From an uncultured Bdellovibrionales bacterium (GTDB taxonomy: Bacteria; Patescibacteriota; Minisyncoccia; Moranbacterales; UBA1568): a stretch of DNA of 64,000 bases. The position numbers and the translations under genes were made by a program. The stretch covers positions 8,926 through 72,925 of the forward strand of contig CAYVHS010000005.1 of assembly GCA_964451495.1 (NCBI GenBank). The letters run 5' to 3'. Shown piece by piece: positions 19,909 to 30,176 of the stretch. Position 1 is the stretch's first letter. Every line of letters begins with the position of its first letter. A model generated the notes under the pieces. It worked only from the letters and a program-made list of their open reading frames with translations. It made no database searches and was not told the origin of the DNA.

Positions 19909-20173
19909 AAATTATCACAAATCCATTTTCTTCCAGAACAGGCGCTATGTATTCCACTGTCACCTTTTTTACTTCTGCTAGCTGTGGCCCCTCAAGACAA
20001 AACGTCACAAATTGCTCGACAAGTACCTGTTCTCCCTGCGCCTCACATACAACATCCGTATCGACATTCTTGACCCAACCAGAAAGATTGAGTGTACCCG
20101 CAATTTTTTGCGCCGTGTGACGGAAAAACACATTTTGGACCCGGCCGCTGATTGTGATGTGCATGCGAATCAT
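19904..20173 (-). CDS. acyP: Acylphosphatase
   Basis: 89 aa; ISGRVQNVFFR and GWVKNVDTDVV signatures. Confidence 0.8.
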   Translation of the reverse strand: MIRMHITISGRVQNVFFRHTAQKIAGTLNLSGWVKNVDTDVVCEAQGEQVLVEQFVTFCLEGPQLAEVKKVTVEYIAPVLEENGFVIIS

Positions 20174-20194
20174 AAAATACAGATAGGGACTGTG

Positions 20195-21022
20195 TTAATC
20201 AATAGCCCGTGGAGAGAAAGTGATGCCTACGGGACAGTGATCCGACCCCATAATATCCGGCAAAATGAACGCCTCTGTCACCTGATCCTTGAGGGCTCCA
20301 CTCACGAGCACATAATCGATACGCCACCCGCTGTTATTGGCCCGCGCATTACCGAAATGCGACCACCAACTATACTGTCCATTCCCTTGGTGAAACATCC
20401 TAAACGTATCCACGAACCCAGCATCGATAAAACGCTGAAATCCTTCCCGCTCTTCTACTGTAAATCCATGTTTTCCTTCGTTTTGTTTCGGATGAGCCAA
20501 GTCATCTGGTGTATGAGCGACATTCAAATCCCCGCAAAAAATAACGGGCTTTTTCTTTTCCAATTCCTGACAATGTGCGAGGAAAGCTGGGTCCCATTTT
20601 TCATGACGCAAAGGAATCCGACTCAGATCTTGTTTGGCATTGGGCGTATAGACCGTGACCACGAAAAAATCTGCGAATTCTGCCGTGATGACACGTCCCT
20701 CGTGCTGCGGATCACCATAACCGTCGGACTCGAAATGAAATGTCTCAATGATATGCTCCGGAAAACCGTTAGTGACTGAGAGGGGTTTTGATTTTGTAAA
20801 AAGAGCCGTTCCAGAATACCCTTTGCGCTGTGCCGAGTGCCAGTATTCAGTATATTCCGGCAGGTCTACCTCGGATTGTTCTTGCTGCGCTTTGGTCTCT
20901 TGCAGACACAAAATATCCGGCTGATATTTTTCCACAAACGGAACCAGTAAGCCCTTCCGGTGCACCGCGCGGATGCCATTCACATTCCAAGAGATAAGCG
21001 TGATCGGTTTATTCGCTTCCAT
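20195..21022 (-). CDS. xth: Exodeoxyribonuclease III
   Basis: MEANKPITLISWNVNGIRA...; ExoIII/APE1 family motifs throughout. Start placed at the ATG at 21022. Confidence 0.85.
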   Translation of the reverse strand: MEANKPITLISWNVNGIRAVHRKGLLVPFVEKYQPDILCLQETKAQQEQSEVDLPEYTEYWHSAQRKGYSGTALFTKSKPLSVTNGFPEHIIETFHFESDGYGDPQHEGRVITAEFADFFVVTVYTPNAKQDLSRIPLRHEKWDPAFLAHCQELEKKKPVIFCGDLNVAHTPDDLAHPKQNEGKHGFTVEEREGFQRFIDAGFVDTFRMFHQGNGQYSWWSHFGNARANNSGWRIDYVLVSGALKDQVTEAFILPDIMGSDHCPVGITFSPRAID

Positions 21023-21350
21023 AGTGTGTATAATTTGCGTACTCATACTACCATTTTCATCGCTATCACCACAAGAGAGCATCATCCTACTCCCATTCAA
21101 AACTTGCCATATCACCCAAAGAATCCCGACCCATCAAAGCAATTTTTCAGCTCTGCTCCAGACTCACCGAGGCTTTCGATTATCGAAAAAAATCACCTCA
21201 CTCTACGGCGGGACACAGCTCTTTTTTCGAATCGAAAGCCTCGTCTCAAACAAGTGGAGCAACCACTGAAAAACTCTTTGAGGGTCAGACATGTTCGACG
21301 GCGGCCCCGAGAAGAAAAAGAAATGCTGAGGAGAAATTTTACAGAATAAA

Positions 21351-21395
21351 AAGAAAAATCGCCCTGGCCTAGAATTCTAGACAGGGCAATTTTTT
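21351..21395. terminator. Hairpin terminator (GCCCTG-[CTAGAATTCTAG]-CAGGGC followed by AATTTTTT), plus an adjacent GGCGGTA-TCAC-TACCGCC hairpin
   Basis: GC stem with a palindromic loop and T-runs on both strands; lies 3' of the 21407..21664 gene. Confidence 0.45.
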
Positions 21396-21406
21396 GGGCG
21401 GTATCA

Positions 21407-21664
21407 CTACCGCCGCCACAGACGACGATGACTCGTCATAATGGCTTGTTTGTACATCAGCCTGACAATGGGAGCAAAAACATCGATTACCCACAAGCAG
21501 CCGAACAAAATAACCAGGCCGGAGACAATTTCAAGTAACGAAAAGGCCCACAAAAGGATGCTCAACAGAAGCGGGGGCAAAACAGTACATCCAACCATCG
21601 ACCAGCGCTCCTTGTTCGTGAGCGACATCACTTCACAACCATCACAATCGTACATCTTCTTCAT
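21407..21664 (-). CDS. Small Cys-rich membrane protein, hypothetical
   Basis: 85 aa; CDGCEV motif followed by two hydrophobic helices. Confidence 0.4.
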   Translation of the reverse strand: MKKMYDCDGCEVMSLTNKERWSMVGCTVLPPLLLSILLWAFSLLEIVSGLVILFGCLWVIDVFAPIVRLMYKQAIMTSHRRLWRR

Positions 21665-21731
21665 TGTCCAATCTCCTCTGCTGTGCTGCGGTTATACAAC
21701 AAAAAAATTTAAATAACTAAATTTCATTATA

Positions 21732-22913
21732 CTACAAAATATCATTCCTGTCAATATTAGTGCCGTTTTTTCCCTTAAACGCGATAGAATCGAGCTCTGT
21801 GAATCGGCGATGCTTTTCCTCGATGGAAACATCGTCCACCATCCCCTTGGCAGCAGCCGTCCCGGGACGAGGTGAATACCAGGCGATAAATGTCTTGGCA
21901 AAATCAACCTGTTTCACGAGATCAATCGTTTCGTGAAATTGCGCCAGGGTTTCACCTGGAAAACCAACGATAATATCGGTCGTAAGTACAATATCCGGTA
22001 TCTGCTCGCGTATCCTCTCAATAAGCGCTAGATATTCCCCCACCGTATACCAGCGATTCATACGCTTCAAAACTTCATCCGACCCCGACTGAATCGGCAG
22101 ATGCAGCGTCCGATCGATATTTTCATATCGTGCCATCACGGCAATCAATTCGTCTGAAAAATCCCATGGATTCGAAGAGAGGAACGAAATATGTTTCAAC
22201 CCTGGTATACGAGCCACGTGTTCCAAAAGATGTGGGAAAAGTGTCGGAATGCGATGACGCCCCAAGTGCTTGACCATCACTGGCCGAACAGTCGTCCCAT
22301 CAGGTAGACCATATGACTCTTCTCCTTTCATTGTTTCCATGAGCAAATCAGCACCGTAAGAATTCACATTCTGACCCAGAAGCACGACCTCATCATAGCC
22401 TGCGCTGACTGCGTTTTGTACTTCTTCGATGATATCCTGAAACGGACGCGATTGTTCTTTGCCCCGAGAAAACGGCACGATGCAGTAGGCACAGTAATTA
22501 TTGCAACCATTGGAAATGACGACCGAGGCCCGCCTACCCTTGGCCCGCTTGGGTATATATTCAAATCCGACTTCTTCCATGGGCAAAAATTCTACATCGG
22601 GCAAACGCGACGTCAGCCGCTTCATCATTTTACCACCAGGCACGCGCGCTGCGGCGCCGACGAGACAACCTGTCACCACGATACGCGGAGACTTACCAGC
22701 CAGACGTTCACGGACACTTTTGATCATACCGTAGACTTTCTCTTCGGCTCGGTCTCGTATGACGCAGGTATTCAAAATCAGTACATCTGCTTCTTCGAGA
22801 TTTGCGGCGTGACGAAAACCGCGCGACGCATACAGACTCGCGATGCGCTCGGAATCAGCCACATTCTGCTGACACCCAAATGTTTTTATATAAAACGTTT
22901 CTTGCATACCCAA
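21732..22913 (-). CDS. Radical-SAM methylthiotransferase (MiaB/RimO family) apparently lacking the C-terminal TRAM domain
   Basis: FGCQQNVADSE (UPF0004 domain), CNNYCAYC (radical SAM), SPRPGT; only ~40 aa follow the radical-SAM core. Confidence 0.8.
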   Translation of the reverse strand: MGMQETFYIKTFGCQQNVADSERIASLYASRGFRHAANLEEADVLILNTCVIRDRAEEKVYGMIKSVRERLAGKSPRIVVTGCLVGAAARVPGGKMMKRLTSRLPDVEFLPMEEVGFEYIPKRAKGRRASVVISNGCNNYCAYCIVPFSRGKEQSRPFQDIIEEVQNAVSAGYDEVVLLGQNVNSYGADLLMETMKGEESYGLPDGTTVRPVMVKHLGRHRIPTLFPHLLEHVARIPGLKHISFLSSNPWDFSDELIAVMARYENIDRTLHLPIQSGSDEVLKRMNRWYTVGEYLALIERIREQIPDIVLTTDIIVGFPGETLAQFHETIDLVKQVDFAKTFIAWYSPRPGTAAAKGMVDDVSIEEKHRRFTELDSIAFKGKNGTNIDRNDIL

Positions 22914-23028
22914 TAGTAGAACTTCGACAATATTCTCGTGAAATCACATCTTTATAAAATGTATTCTCATGCTCGGTCGAAGTTTCATTACCGAACAGAG
23001 ACATTGGCGCATTGTATCTGAAAAAACA

Positions 23029-24033
23029 TTACCGAGCAAGCCGTGTCTGCCCATTAACATCGAGAACGAGAGGAATATCGCGAAAGGATAATTCTTTGGT
23101 TTTCGGATCAAGTGTCATTTCCACCAAGAGCCCTCGCTTCGTATCCTCGCTGAAATACTGGTCAAAGATGAAATTGCCCAAAGAATAATAGATCGTCTTT
23201 CCATGATACTCTTCCTTCTCCTGTACAATATGTGGGTGCGAACCAATGATGGCATCTACCCCCAGATCGATGAACCGATGCGCTAGTTCACGTACCGATG
23301 ACTGAACGGGTTTGTATTCTACTCCCCAGTGCGCATACACGATAACAACATCGGCCTGCTCCCGAGCATCCGCAATATCAGCGAACGCCTTTTCTTTCCC
23401 CTGATAGACGAACTGATTATAATTCACGAAAGCGACTTTTATACCATCAACATCCTCGATATATATTCGCTTCTCTTCCGGAAGCGGAGAGCCGAAAAAT
23501 CCCACTCCTGCCACTTCAAGCAATCGCTCTGTATCTCGCACACCCGTCGTTTGAAAATTCAAGATATGATTATTACCGATATTCACAATATCGATATGAT
23601 TCTTTTTGAGCATAGCGGCTGTATCTGTAGGAAAAGTGAACACGTAATTTTTCGCTTCACCGATGATACTCGCCTCACTCACCGACTGACTCTCTGTGAT
23701 CGGTCCTTCGAGATTGGCCACGACAACGTCCGCGTTGCCTAGTACCTCTGTCACTCCACCCAAAACAAATTCATCGCCATGACGCGCTATAATTGTCCGG
23801 ATATACCGGTCAAACATCATATCTCCGCCAAAAATAATCTTGATCGCTGGTTTCTCTCGCGATACAATAGGCACCTCGTTTATTAGGTTCTCTGTAGTGG
23901 CAACCGATACTTTCTTTCCCAGCACCGACACAGCTGCTCCTGACTTGCCATAACGCATCACGACAAAAAAAATACCGAGCAGAAGTATCGCCAAAGAAAA
24001 AACAACAACGAAAAAATTTTTCAAAGAAAACAT
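23029..24033 (-). CDS. CapA/PgsA-family metallophosphatase (poly-gamma-glutamate synthesis-like)
   Basis: Signal anchor, IFGGDMMFDR, VVIVYAHWGVEY. Start at the ATG at 24033, just after the rlmN stop. Confidence 0.7.
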   Translation of the reverse strand: MFSLKNFFVVVFSLAILLLGIFFVVMRYGKSGAAVSVLGKKVSVATTENLINEVPIVSREKPAIKIIFGGDMMFDRYIRTIIARHGDEFVLGGVTEVLGNADVVVANLEGPITESQSVSEASIIGEAKNYVFTFPTDTAAMLKKNHIDIVNIGNNHILNFQTTGVRDTERLLEVAGVGFFGSPLPEEKRIYIEDVDGIKVAFVNYNQFVYQGKEKAFADIADAREQADVVIVYAHWGVEYKPVQSSVRELAHRFIDLGVDAIIGSHPHIVQEKEEYHGKTIYYSLGNFIFDQYFSEDTKRGLLVEMTLDPKTKELSFRDIPLVLDVNGQTRLAR

Positions 24034-24043
24034 ACTGTGTTTC

Positions 24044-25090
24044 TCAAACAGAATTCTTTTCGACAACGAGCTGTCCGCAGGCAGCCGCAATATCATCCCC
24101 CATGGTACGACGTCGAGTGACATCGACTCCCGCATCGCAGAGCTCTTTCTCAAAACGAGCGAAATCTCCAGGGAGACTATCTCGATACACGCTACCGGTA
24201 AAGTTATAGGGAATAAGATTAATACGCACCTTACCAACACGCCGAGCGAAACGGATGAGGGCGGCTGCATGCTTTTCAGTATCGTTCATCCGGGAAAGCA
24301 TGACATACTCGAACGTCAGATGTCGTCGTCTACTATCAAATTTTTGAAAATACTCTTTCGTCCAAACAACAAGGTCTTCGAGGAATCCATCAAATGAACT
24401 CGGCATCATATTTTTGCGCGTCACGGCATCGGCACTATGGAGAGAAACAGCGAGGCGGACCGGCGGCCACTCTGGATCTATAAGTATTTTCCGAAGCATG
24501 GGCAAAAGACCAACCGTAGACACGGTGATCCGTGTCGGACCCAGATCAGTATAAGTGAGGAGTATACGGAGCGCCTCTTTAACATGTTCATAATTTGCGA
24601 GCGGCTCACCCATGCCCATAAAAACGATATTGCTGATATGCTGGGGAAGCGTGGGTCGCTCAGTCAGAAATATTTTCCAAAAACGATACTGATCCACGAT
24701 TTCATCCGCTGTCAGATTGCGCGTAAACCCCATAGTCCCAGTCGCACAAAATGTGCATGCCATAGCACAGCCCACCTGTGAAGAAACACAGACAGTGAAA
24801 TGCCCCCTCGCATTCTGCATGAGCACTGTCTCGACGCGCTTACCATCTTGTGTTTCTACTACAGCCTTATACGTATCTTTTTTGATGCTTTCGAAAACGC
24901 GGATCTCACTCACTGCAAGAAACCGCACGTTTGCATGAAGCGTTTCTCGCATGATTTTTGATAGACTCGAGACATCGAGAAAATTTTTAAAAGCAGGAAA
25001 AAATAACGCCTCTTCCATTTGCTTGAAACGAAATGACGGGGCCTCCGGAAAAAGTGCTCTAAATTGTTCTCGACGTAAGGAAATTATCAT
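24044..25090 (-). CDS. rlmN: 23S rRNA/tRNA m2A methyltransferase (radical SAM)
   Basis: 348 aa; CAMACTFCATG CxxxCxxC cluster and the RlmN/Cfr-family C-terminal Cys. Confidence 0.85.
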   Translation of the reverse strand: MIISLRREQFRALFPEAPSFRFKQMEEALFFPAFKNFLDVSSLSKIMRETLHANVRFLAVSEIRVFESIKKDTYKAVVETQDGKRVETVLMQNARGHFTVCVSSQVGCAMACTFCATGTMGFTRNLTADEIVDQYRFWKIFLTERPTLPQHISNIVFMGMGEPLANYEHVKEALRILLTYTDLGPTRITVSTVGLLPMLRKILIDPEWPPVRLAVSLHSADAVTRKNMMPSSFDGFLEDLVVWTKEYFQKFDSRRRHLTFEYVMLSRMNDTEKHAAALIRFARRVGKVRINLIPYNFTGSVYRDSLPGDFARFEKELCDAGVDVTRRRTMGDDIAAACGQLVVEKNSV

Positions 25091-25224
25091 AACTGAGTAC
25101 TGTACCAGTATCTGAGCATCTGGTCAATTCCGTCCAGCGCCAAGATACGTCCATTGCTACCAAAAAAATACTGGCTATAGACGTATCCACAGCCACTCTC
25201 TATGCCATGAAAACATGCCATCTC

Positions 25225-25566
25225 CTACTGCAGATTTTCCCCTGAAAAGATATCTCGTTTTATATCTATGCGCTCTGTATGACTTTCGGCCATACGCTTC
25301 ACGCGATCGACTGTTTCGCGAAATTTTGCTTCCTTAAAATTGGTTTCCTTCACATAAGAATCCAAAAAGGCCTTTTTCTGTTCATCGCTCCAGCTGTATT
25401 GATGCAAGCTCCGGTACCACGCCACACTACTTAATCCTAGTACGACACAAAAACAAAAGAAAAAAAGCGCCTTATAGTGCCGATACCACGAAAACATCAG
25501 CTGTTTGGGTACATGCGCAAAACTGATTTTCCATTTTTTCAAAAAAGAGGGTGATGCCATATACAA
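25225..25566 (-). CDS. Hypothetical membrane protein (last gene of the pilus block)
   Basis: 113 aa; one TM helix, then charged helices. Confidence 0.35.
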   Translation of the reverse strand: MYMASPSFLKKWKISFAHVPKQLMFSWYRHYKALFFFCFCVVLGLSSVAWYRSLHQYSWSDEQKKAFLDSYVKETNFKEAKFRETVDRVKRMAESHTERIDIKRDIFSGENLQ

Positions 25567-25570
25567 AATA

Positions 25571-26338
25571 CTACTTTTTATCTACATAAACAATTGTATC
25601 GAAAACAGCTTCCAGCGTATTCTTTTCTTCTGGAACAATAACGGGAGTCTCTAAGGGCGGGGTACTAGCGGTACTTTCTGATGTAGCCACAAATGGATTA
25701 ATACCACTCCCTGAAGTAACCGGCAAAGAAGATGATGGACTCTCCTCATTCTCTTTCTGATGCATCTCCATTCCGACGACATCTAGAGCAAATGGGAGTG
25801 TCTCCATTTTATGGAGAAAATTGATAATATCAGCATACTCCCCAACCACAGAGACACCAAGATGTAAATACCGATCAAACGGAAGGGTATCAAAAATACC
25901 GGTTGCCTTTTTCTTCTCCGAAACAGCCGGCGTAGGAGCATCCGCATCGGCTGAACTCTTGGTCTGGGGCTTACCTACGACTACCTTTTTTTCAATGATC
26001 GAATTGCCTTCTTTCGACGCGATAGAAATCTCGGTGTTTGTCTCACGAGCGAGGCCTTCGAGAGTCTTGACAAAATCAACGATGTGATCTTCTTTGAGAA
26101 GAATATTCAAATGCTCCTCATCTGCCTGGATAACCCCAAACTGCTGCTCGAGCTCTGATAACTTACTGATCTGACGATCGCGATTTTCTCGACTCGTATA
26201 AAATTTCTGAATATCGTCCATTTTTTGAGAAATAGACTGTTTGATTGGCAAGATGGCAAACCACACAACGAGACCCATAGCCACAAACAAGATGAGCATA
26301 GTAGCAAAGGGGATGTGTTGTTTCTTGGAAAAATTCAT
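25571..26338 (-). CDS. PilO-like type IV pilus assembly protein
   Basis: N-terminal TM, coiled coil, periplasmic domain; position after pilM/pilN. Confidence 0.5.
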   Translation of the reverse strand: MNFSKKQHIPFATMLILFVAMGLVVWFAILPIKQSISQKMDDIQKFYTSRENRDRQISKLSELEQQFGVIQADEEHLNILLKEDHIVDFVKTLEGLARETNTEISIASKEGNSIIEKKVVVGKPQTKSSADADAPTPAVSEKKKATGIFDTLPFDRYLHLGVSVVGEYADIINFLHKMETLPFALDVVGMEMHQKENEESPSSSLPVTSGSGINPFVATSESTASTPPLETPVIVPEEKNTLEAVFDTIVYVDKK

Positions 26339-26341
26339 AGG

Positions 26342-26908
26342 CTAGTTTTTACGGAGGCATTCTATCTTTATCGAAAAATCTAATTGAAATTCCACATTTT
26401 CTTCAGAAAAAAGATTCGAAATAGGGACGTTGACATCGCTAATACAATTGGATGCTTTGAGCCGATCTCCCAGTAAAAGCAAATCATCACGCTTGGCTGC
26501 TTTTCCGGTAAGCAATATCGTATATTCCTTGGTAGCCAACTGAGTAATCGTGATGCCCTCGGGCAATAACTCCCCCAAAAGCACAAATACGCCGGTAAAA
26601 TAGAGATGCCCATACTCCATCTTCCCGATAATATCAGCAGTTTCATTGGTACTACGGAATTTCTCTTCGTACTCACTTAATTTCTTGTCCTGTGAAAAAG
26701 CGGGGCTCGTAATTTCTGTTGCGGTCGTCTGATAATTTTTCAATTGAAAATCCAATATAAAATAAATCCCTAAAAGAACTCCTAAATAGAAACATTCGAG
26801 ACAAAAAATGAGGAGGAGTTGCCACAAGAAAAAACGAAAACGTAGACCGCTCTGAATCGCGGCCTTTTTTTCTTCCGGCAAAAGATTAAGCAAAGTCTTC
26901 ATATTCAT
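26342..26908 (-). CDS. PilN-like type IV pilus assembly protein
   Basis: MKTLLNLLPEEKK N-terminus followed by a TM; typical PilN architecture. Confidence 0.55.
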   Translation of the reverse strand: MNMKTLLNLLPEEKKAAIQSGLRFRFFLWQLLLIFCLECFYLGVLLGIYFILDFQLKNYQTTATEITSPAFSQDKKLSEYEEKFRSTNETADIIGKMEYGHLYFTGVFVLLGELLPEGITITQLATKEYTILLTGKAAKRDDLLLLGDRLKASNCISDVNVPISNLFSEENVEFQLDFSIKIECLRKN

Positions 26909-27980
26909 CCAAACCTCTTAAAGCCAACCCTATAGCTGTCGAATACTGTACCGAATGACCACGATCGATAAGCGGTATCTCCCGACCCAACCTGACATTG
27001 ACCCAAGGATTTCCTGATTCCACCAAACGGCCGAGTCTGCGAGACATATAGGGTAGCAATCCATGCATATTTGATCCACCACCACAGAGAACAATCGAAT
27101 CGATCTTGTCGGAGTATCGTAAGTGATTGAGATAAAAATCAATAGATTTTTCGATTTCGACGGCCATATTTTCAAGTACCGGTTGCGCGGCCTTGAGTAC
27201 CGGACTCTTCAGTGCGAGCGACCCCAGACCATGTTTGATTTTGATACTCTCGGCCTCATCAAAAGAGATATGCATCGATTTCGATATCGCATCCGTTACC
27301 ATCTGAGAAGAAAGCGGTACGCTCGATGTGAAGCATGGCGTACTCCCGATAGCAACGAGAAAACTCGTCCGGCGATCACCAATATCAACGATAAGTGTCG
27401 TACTCTTTTCATTTTTTTCTGGGAGAAGACTCCTGGCTTGAGCGATAGATTCGGTTTCCAATCCAATAACTTCCAGGCCAGCGCTTTCGAGTACTGCCTG
27501 AAACTGATCGACGACGCTTCGAGCCACCGCCACAACCAACACATTCATTTTACCCTTCTCTTGAACGAGATTGAGATCAAGAATCTCCCAATCATAATAC
27601 ACTTGGTCGAGTGTCAGAGGGATATTTGCCTCAATTTCCCATTTAATCGCTTCTTTTACTTCGTCTTTTTCCATTTTCGGCAAAGAAAGTACACGCAAAA
27701 AAGCTTTCGTTTCTGGAAGAGAACAAATGACTTTGCGCGTCTTAATTTTTTTCGGACCGGATTTTTCCAAAAGCTGTGTGACGGCCGATCGCACCGCATC
27801 GGCATCCATGATTTCGCCATCGATCACACTCCCAACGGGAAGTGGTACCGATCCAAAACTCGCTATCGAATCACGCTGCCCCGCACGATCAAGCCAGACT
27901 GATTTGATAGAAAGGTCACTCAAATCTAGCCCGAAAGAACTCGGAAAAAGATCAAAAATTTTCTTCTGGAAAATACTCAT
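26886..27980 (-). CDS. pilM: Type IV pilus assembly protein PilM (actin-like ATPase fold)
   Basis: 364 aa; GLDLSDLSIKSV N-terminus, LCGGGS phosphate-2-like motif. Confidence 0.8.
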   Translation of the reverse strand: MSIFQKKIFDLFPSSFGLDLSDLSIKSVWLDRAGQRDSIASFGSVPLPVGSVIDGEIMDADAVRSAVTQLLEKSGPKKIKTRKVICSLPETKAFLRVLSLPKMEKDEVKEAIKWEIEANIPLTLDQVYYDWEILDLNLVQEKGKMNVLVVAVARSVVDQFQAVLESAGLEVIGLETESIAQARSLLPEKNEKSTTLIVDIGDRRTSFLVAIGSTPCFTSSVPLSSQMVTDAISKSMHISFDEAESIKIKHGLGSLALKSPVLKAAQPVLENMAVEIEKSIDFYLNHLRYSDKIDSIVLCGGGSNMHGLLPYMSRRLGRLVESGNPWVNVRLGREIPLIDRGHSVQYSTAIGLALRGLDEYEDFA

Positions 27981-28045
27981 TTATTGTTCTATTTGTTTGT
28001 TTCTATCATACCATAGACTGAAACTTTTCAGCTACGAGAAAATCT

Positions 28046-29551
28046 TTATTCTTCTTCCCATAAATCCATCTCATACTGTGTCCCTGTTGGAAAATACGGT
28101 GGCGGGAAATAGAGCAAGCTATTGTCATAATACAAATTGCGCGTCGCATACCCCCAATCTTGACTGCCATTGGTCCAGGCAAATCCATACCGCTGATTCG
28201 TCGCGATGGCTCCATACACAGTAATAGACGTTTTATGGTCAGATGTTCCATAGTCTGACCGTCCCACTTTGCCTTGCTGAGCCAAAAGCGCCCCATCGAT
28301 ACGGAGATTCGTATCACTACTTTTTGGTATATCAATATTTTGTTGTCCGATGACACCGATAATATCGTTACCAGTGTATGTCGTGTAGAGCAAATCATTC
28401 GGGATATACACCGATGGCGACGCTCCGCTCAAAAGATTCGCAGCTACAATAGTGACTTTTTTATTATTGATTTGTCCTTCGAGCCAGAGATTATCTTCGA
28501 CGAAAATGACTCCATTACTGGGAATGGTATAATTGGCCAAACACTGTCCGCTACACGATGAGCACGTACTACCTCCAGATGTCCTTCTATATCCATTATT
28601 CGTACTGATATCATAGGTTGCGGGACTACCCGTCATGCTGGCCGCTGCCACCTTGCACATATCAAACGTCCCATTGGTCTTGAGAATAATACGCCGACCA
28701 ACATCATTCGAATCATTGGCAAAATACCGACTATTGCCCGTACCAGCCTGTGCCACCGTTTTCATATTTCCCAAATCACCCAAAACACCATTGAAATCTA
28801 CGGTTGGATTGGGAAATACTCTGCCCGCCTCAAAAACATCTGCTCTACTTGCCATAACACTCGGCGGCGTTTCCAGGGGACGAGCACTATCATTAACACC
28901 GCTACTCGGTGGCACGTTGACGTGCGTATGGACACCAAACTCACTACTCCCCGTATGATCGGGATCATTGTATGTCGAGACGGCACTCGATATGACATTA
29001 TGAGCCAATCCATCGAAACGAATGCCCTGATTAGAATGGACTTTACCAAATATCTCGGTCCCCTCGCCAAAACGCATAAAGTCATTGGCCAATACGGCAT
29101 TCTCACTCCATGACGGGCGTCGAAACCGAACAACTACCTTTCGTGTATCACTCGGATTTTTATACGTCCAACCAATCGATGTCACCGTGACAATCGTCGA
29201 CCCAGCCACCGGAGGGACAACCGTGATACTATATCTCCCCACGGCACCACCCAACGGGTCAGTATATTCGACTTCATACGCTGTCGTTTTCCCAAAAGGA
29301 GCCGATGAATTCCAAAATGCCTCTACTTGGGCGGCTGTCCGTCCGTCAACGACATGCGCCAAATACCACCGATAAAAATGAATGCCCGACTCGGCAATCT
29401 GAAAGGCCTGTTCACGACTATTGACTTGCATCGAATACTTCATTTGACCAACAACAAACGCGATGATAGAGGAAAGGAGGATCGAAACTACCGTCATAAT
29501 AATGATGCCGAACACGAGCGCAGACCCCTTGAGATATATTCGATTATTCAT
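28046..29551 (-). CDS. Large PilX-like minor pilin/pilus-tip protein (501 aa)
   Basis: N-terminal hydrophobic segment GSALVFGIIIMTVVSIL (PilX_N-like), then a large Thr/Ser/Gly-rich extracellular region. Confidence 0.55.
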   Translation of the reverse strand: MNNRIYLKGSALVFGIIIMTVVSILLSSIIAFVVGQMKYSMQVNSREQAFQIAESGIHFYRWYLAHVVDGRTAAQVEAFWNSSAPFGKTTAYEVEYTDPLGGAVGRYSITVVPPVAGSTIVTVTSIGWTYKNPSDTRKVVVRFRRPSWSENAVLANDFMRFGEGTEIFGKVHSNQGIRFDGLAHNVISSAVSTYNDPDHTGSSEFGVHTHVNVPPSSGVNDSARPLETPPSVMASRADVFEAGRVFPNPTVDFNGVLGDLGNMKTVAQAGTGNSRYFANDSNDVGRRIILKTNGTFDMCKVAAASMTGSPATYDISTNNGYRRTSGGSTCSSCSGQCLANYTIPSNGVIFVEDNLWLEGQINNKKVTIVAANLLSGASPSVYIPNDLLYTTYTGNDIIGVIGQQNIDIPKSSDTNLRIDGALLAQQGKVGRSDYGTSDHKTSITVYGAIATNQRYGFAWTNGSQDWGYATRNLYYDNSLLYFPPPYFPTGTQYEMDLWEEE

Positions 29552-30176
29552 AGACTTCGAGATTTCTTAAATCAGCGAATGATTCAACATTAATATTGTT
29601 TGGAGCATGTATCGGATCGATATTCACCATAAAGTGCACCCGAACTAGCCTCACATTCCCAGTCGCCACTGGCGTCACGATAGGATTGTTCACCGTATCA
29701 CCAGGATAATTCTGATTATAATAATAAAATATCGGATCAGTAGCCGTATTGGTTATATACTGCGCAAGTGTGATAACCGTATCATCAGCTGCCGGGTAAC
29801 TAACGGGGGTTGTACCCCGCGGATTCGTAACGCCTATCTTGAACAAATCATTCGGTTGATCAAGAAAATAATGTACTCGTTCTGTCGCTCCGTCGCCATC
29901 GATATCTATATACACCTTCAAGTCAAAGTCAGATCCCGAAACTATTGGGTAGGAACCATTGTCCGACTGACGGACTTTCCTCAATTCTCGGACTGTTTTG
30001 TTCACTACATGCGAGGCAGTCGCTGAAGCGATTCCTTCTTCTAAGATGAATTTATTCGTATCCAGACTCTTCGACAAAAGAAAGGTGAACCCCTGTGTCG
30101 TTATCAGCATAATAGCGATAGCAACAAGCATTTCGACTAGCGTCATGGCCCTCAATGTTTTGTGTACCATATGCAC
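29544..30176 (-). CDS. Prepilin-type (pseudo)pilin
   Basis: RAMTLVEMLVAIAIM prepilin N-terminal methylation motif (Ala at -1). Confidence 0.65.
   Translation of the reverse strand: MHMVHKTLRAMTLVEMLVAIAIMLITTQGFTFLLSKSLDTNKFILEEGIASATASHVVNKTVRELRKVRQSDNGSYPIVSGSDFDLKVYIDIDGDGATERVHYFLDQPNDLFKIGVTNPRGTTPVSYPAADDTVITLAQYITNTATDPIFYYYNQNYPGDTVNNPIVTPVATGNVRLVRVHFMVNIDPIHAPNNINVESFADLRNLEVYE

Noticed and set aside
20012-20779. 255-aa plus-strand ORF
   Set aside because: Antisense to xth and acyP.
27123-27902. 259-aa plus-strand ORF
   Set aside because: Antisense to pilM; low-complexity translation.
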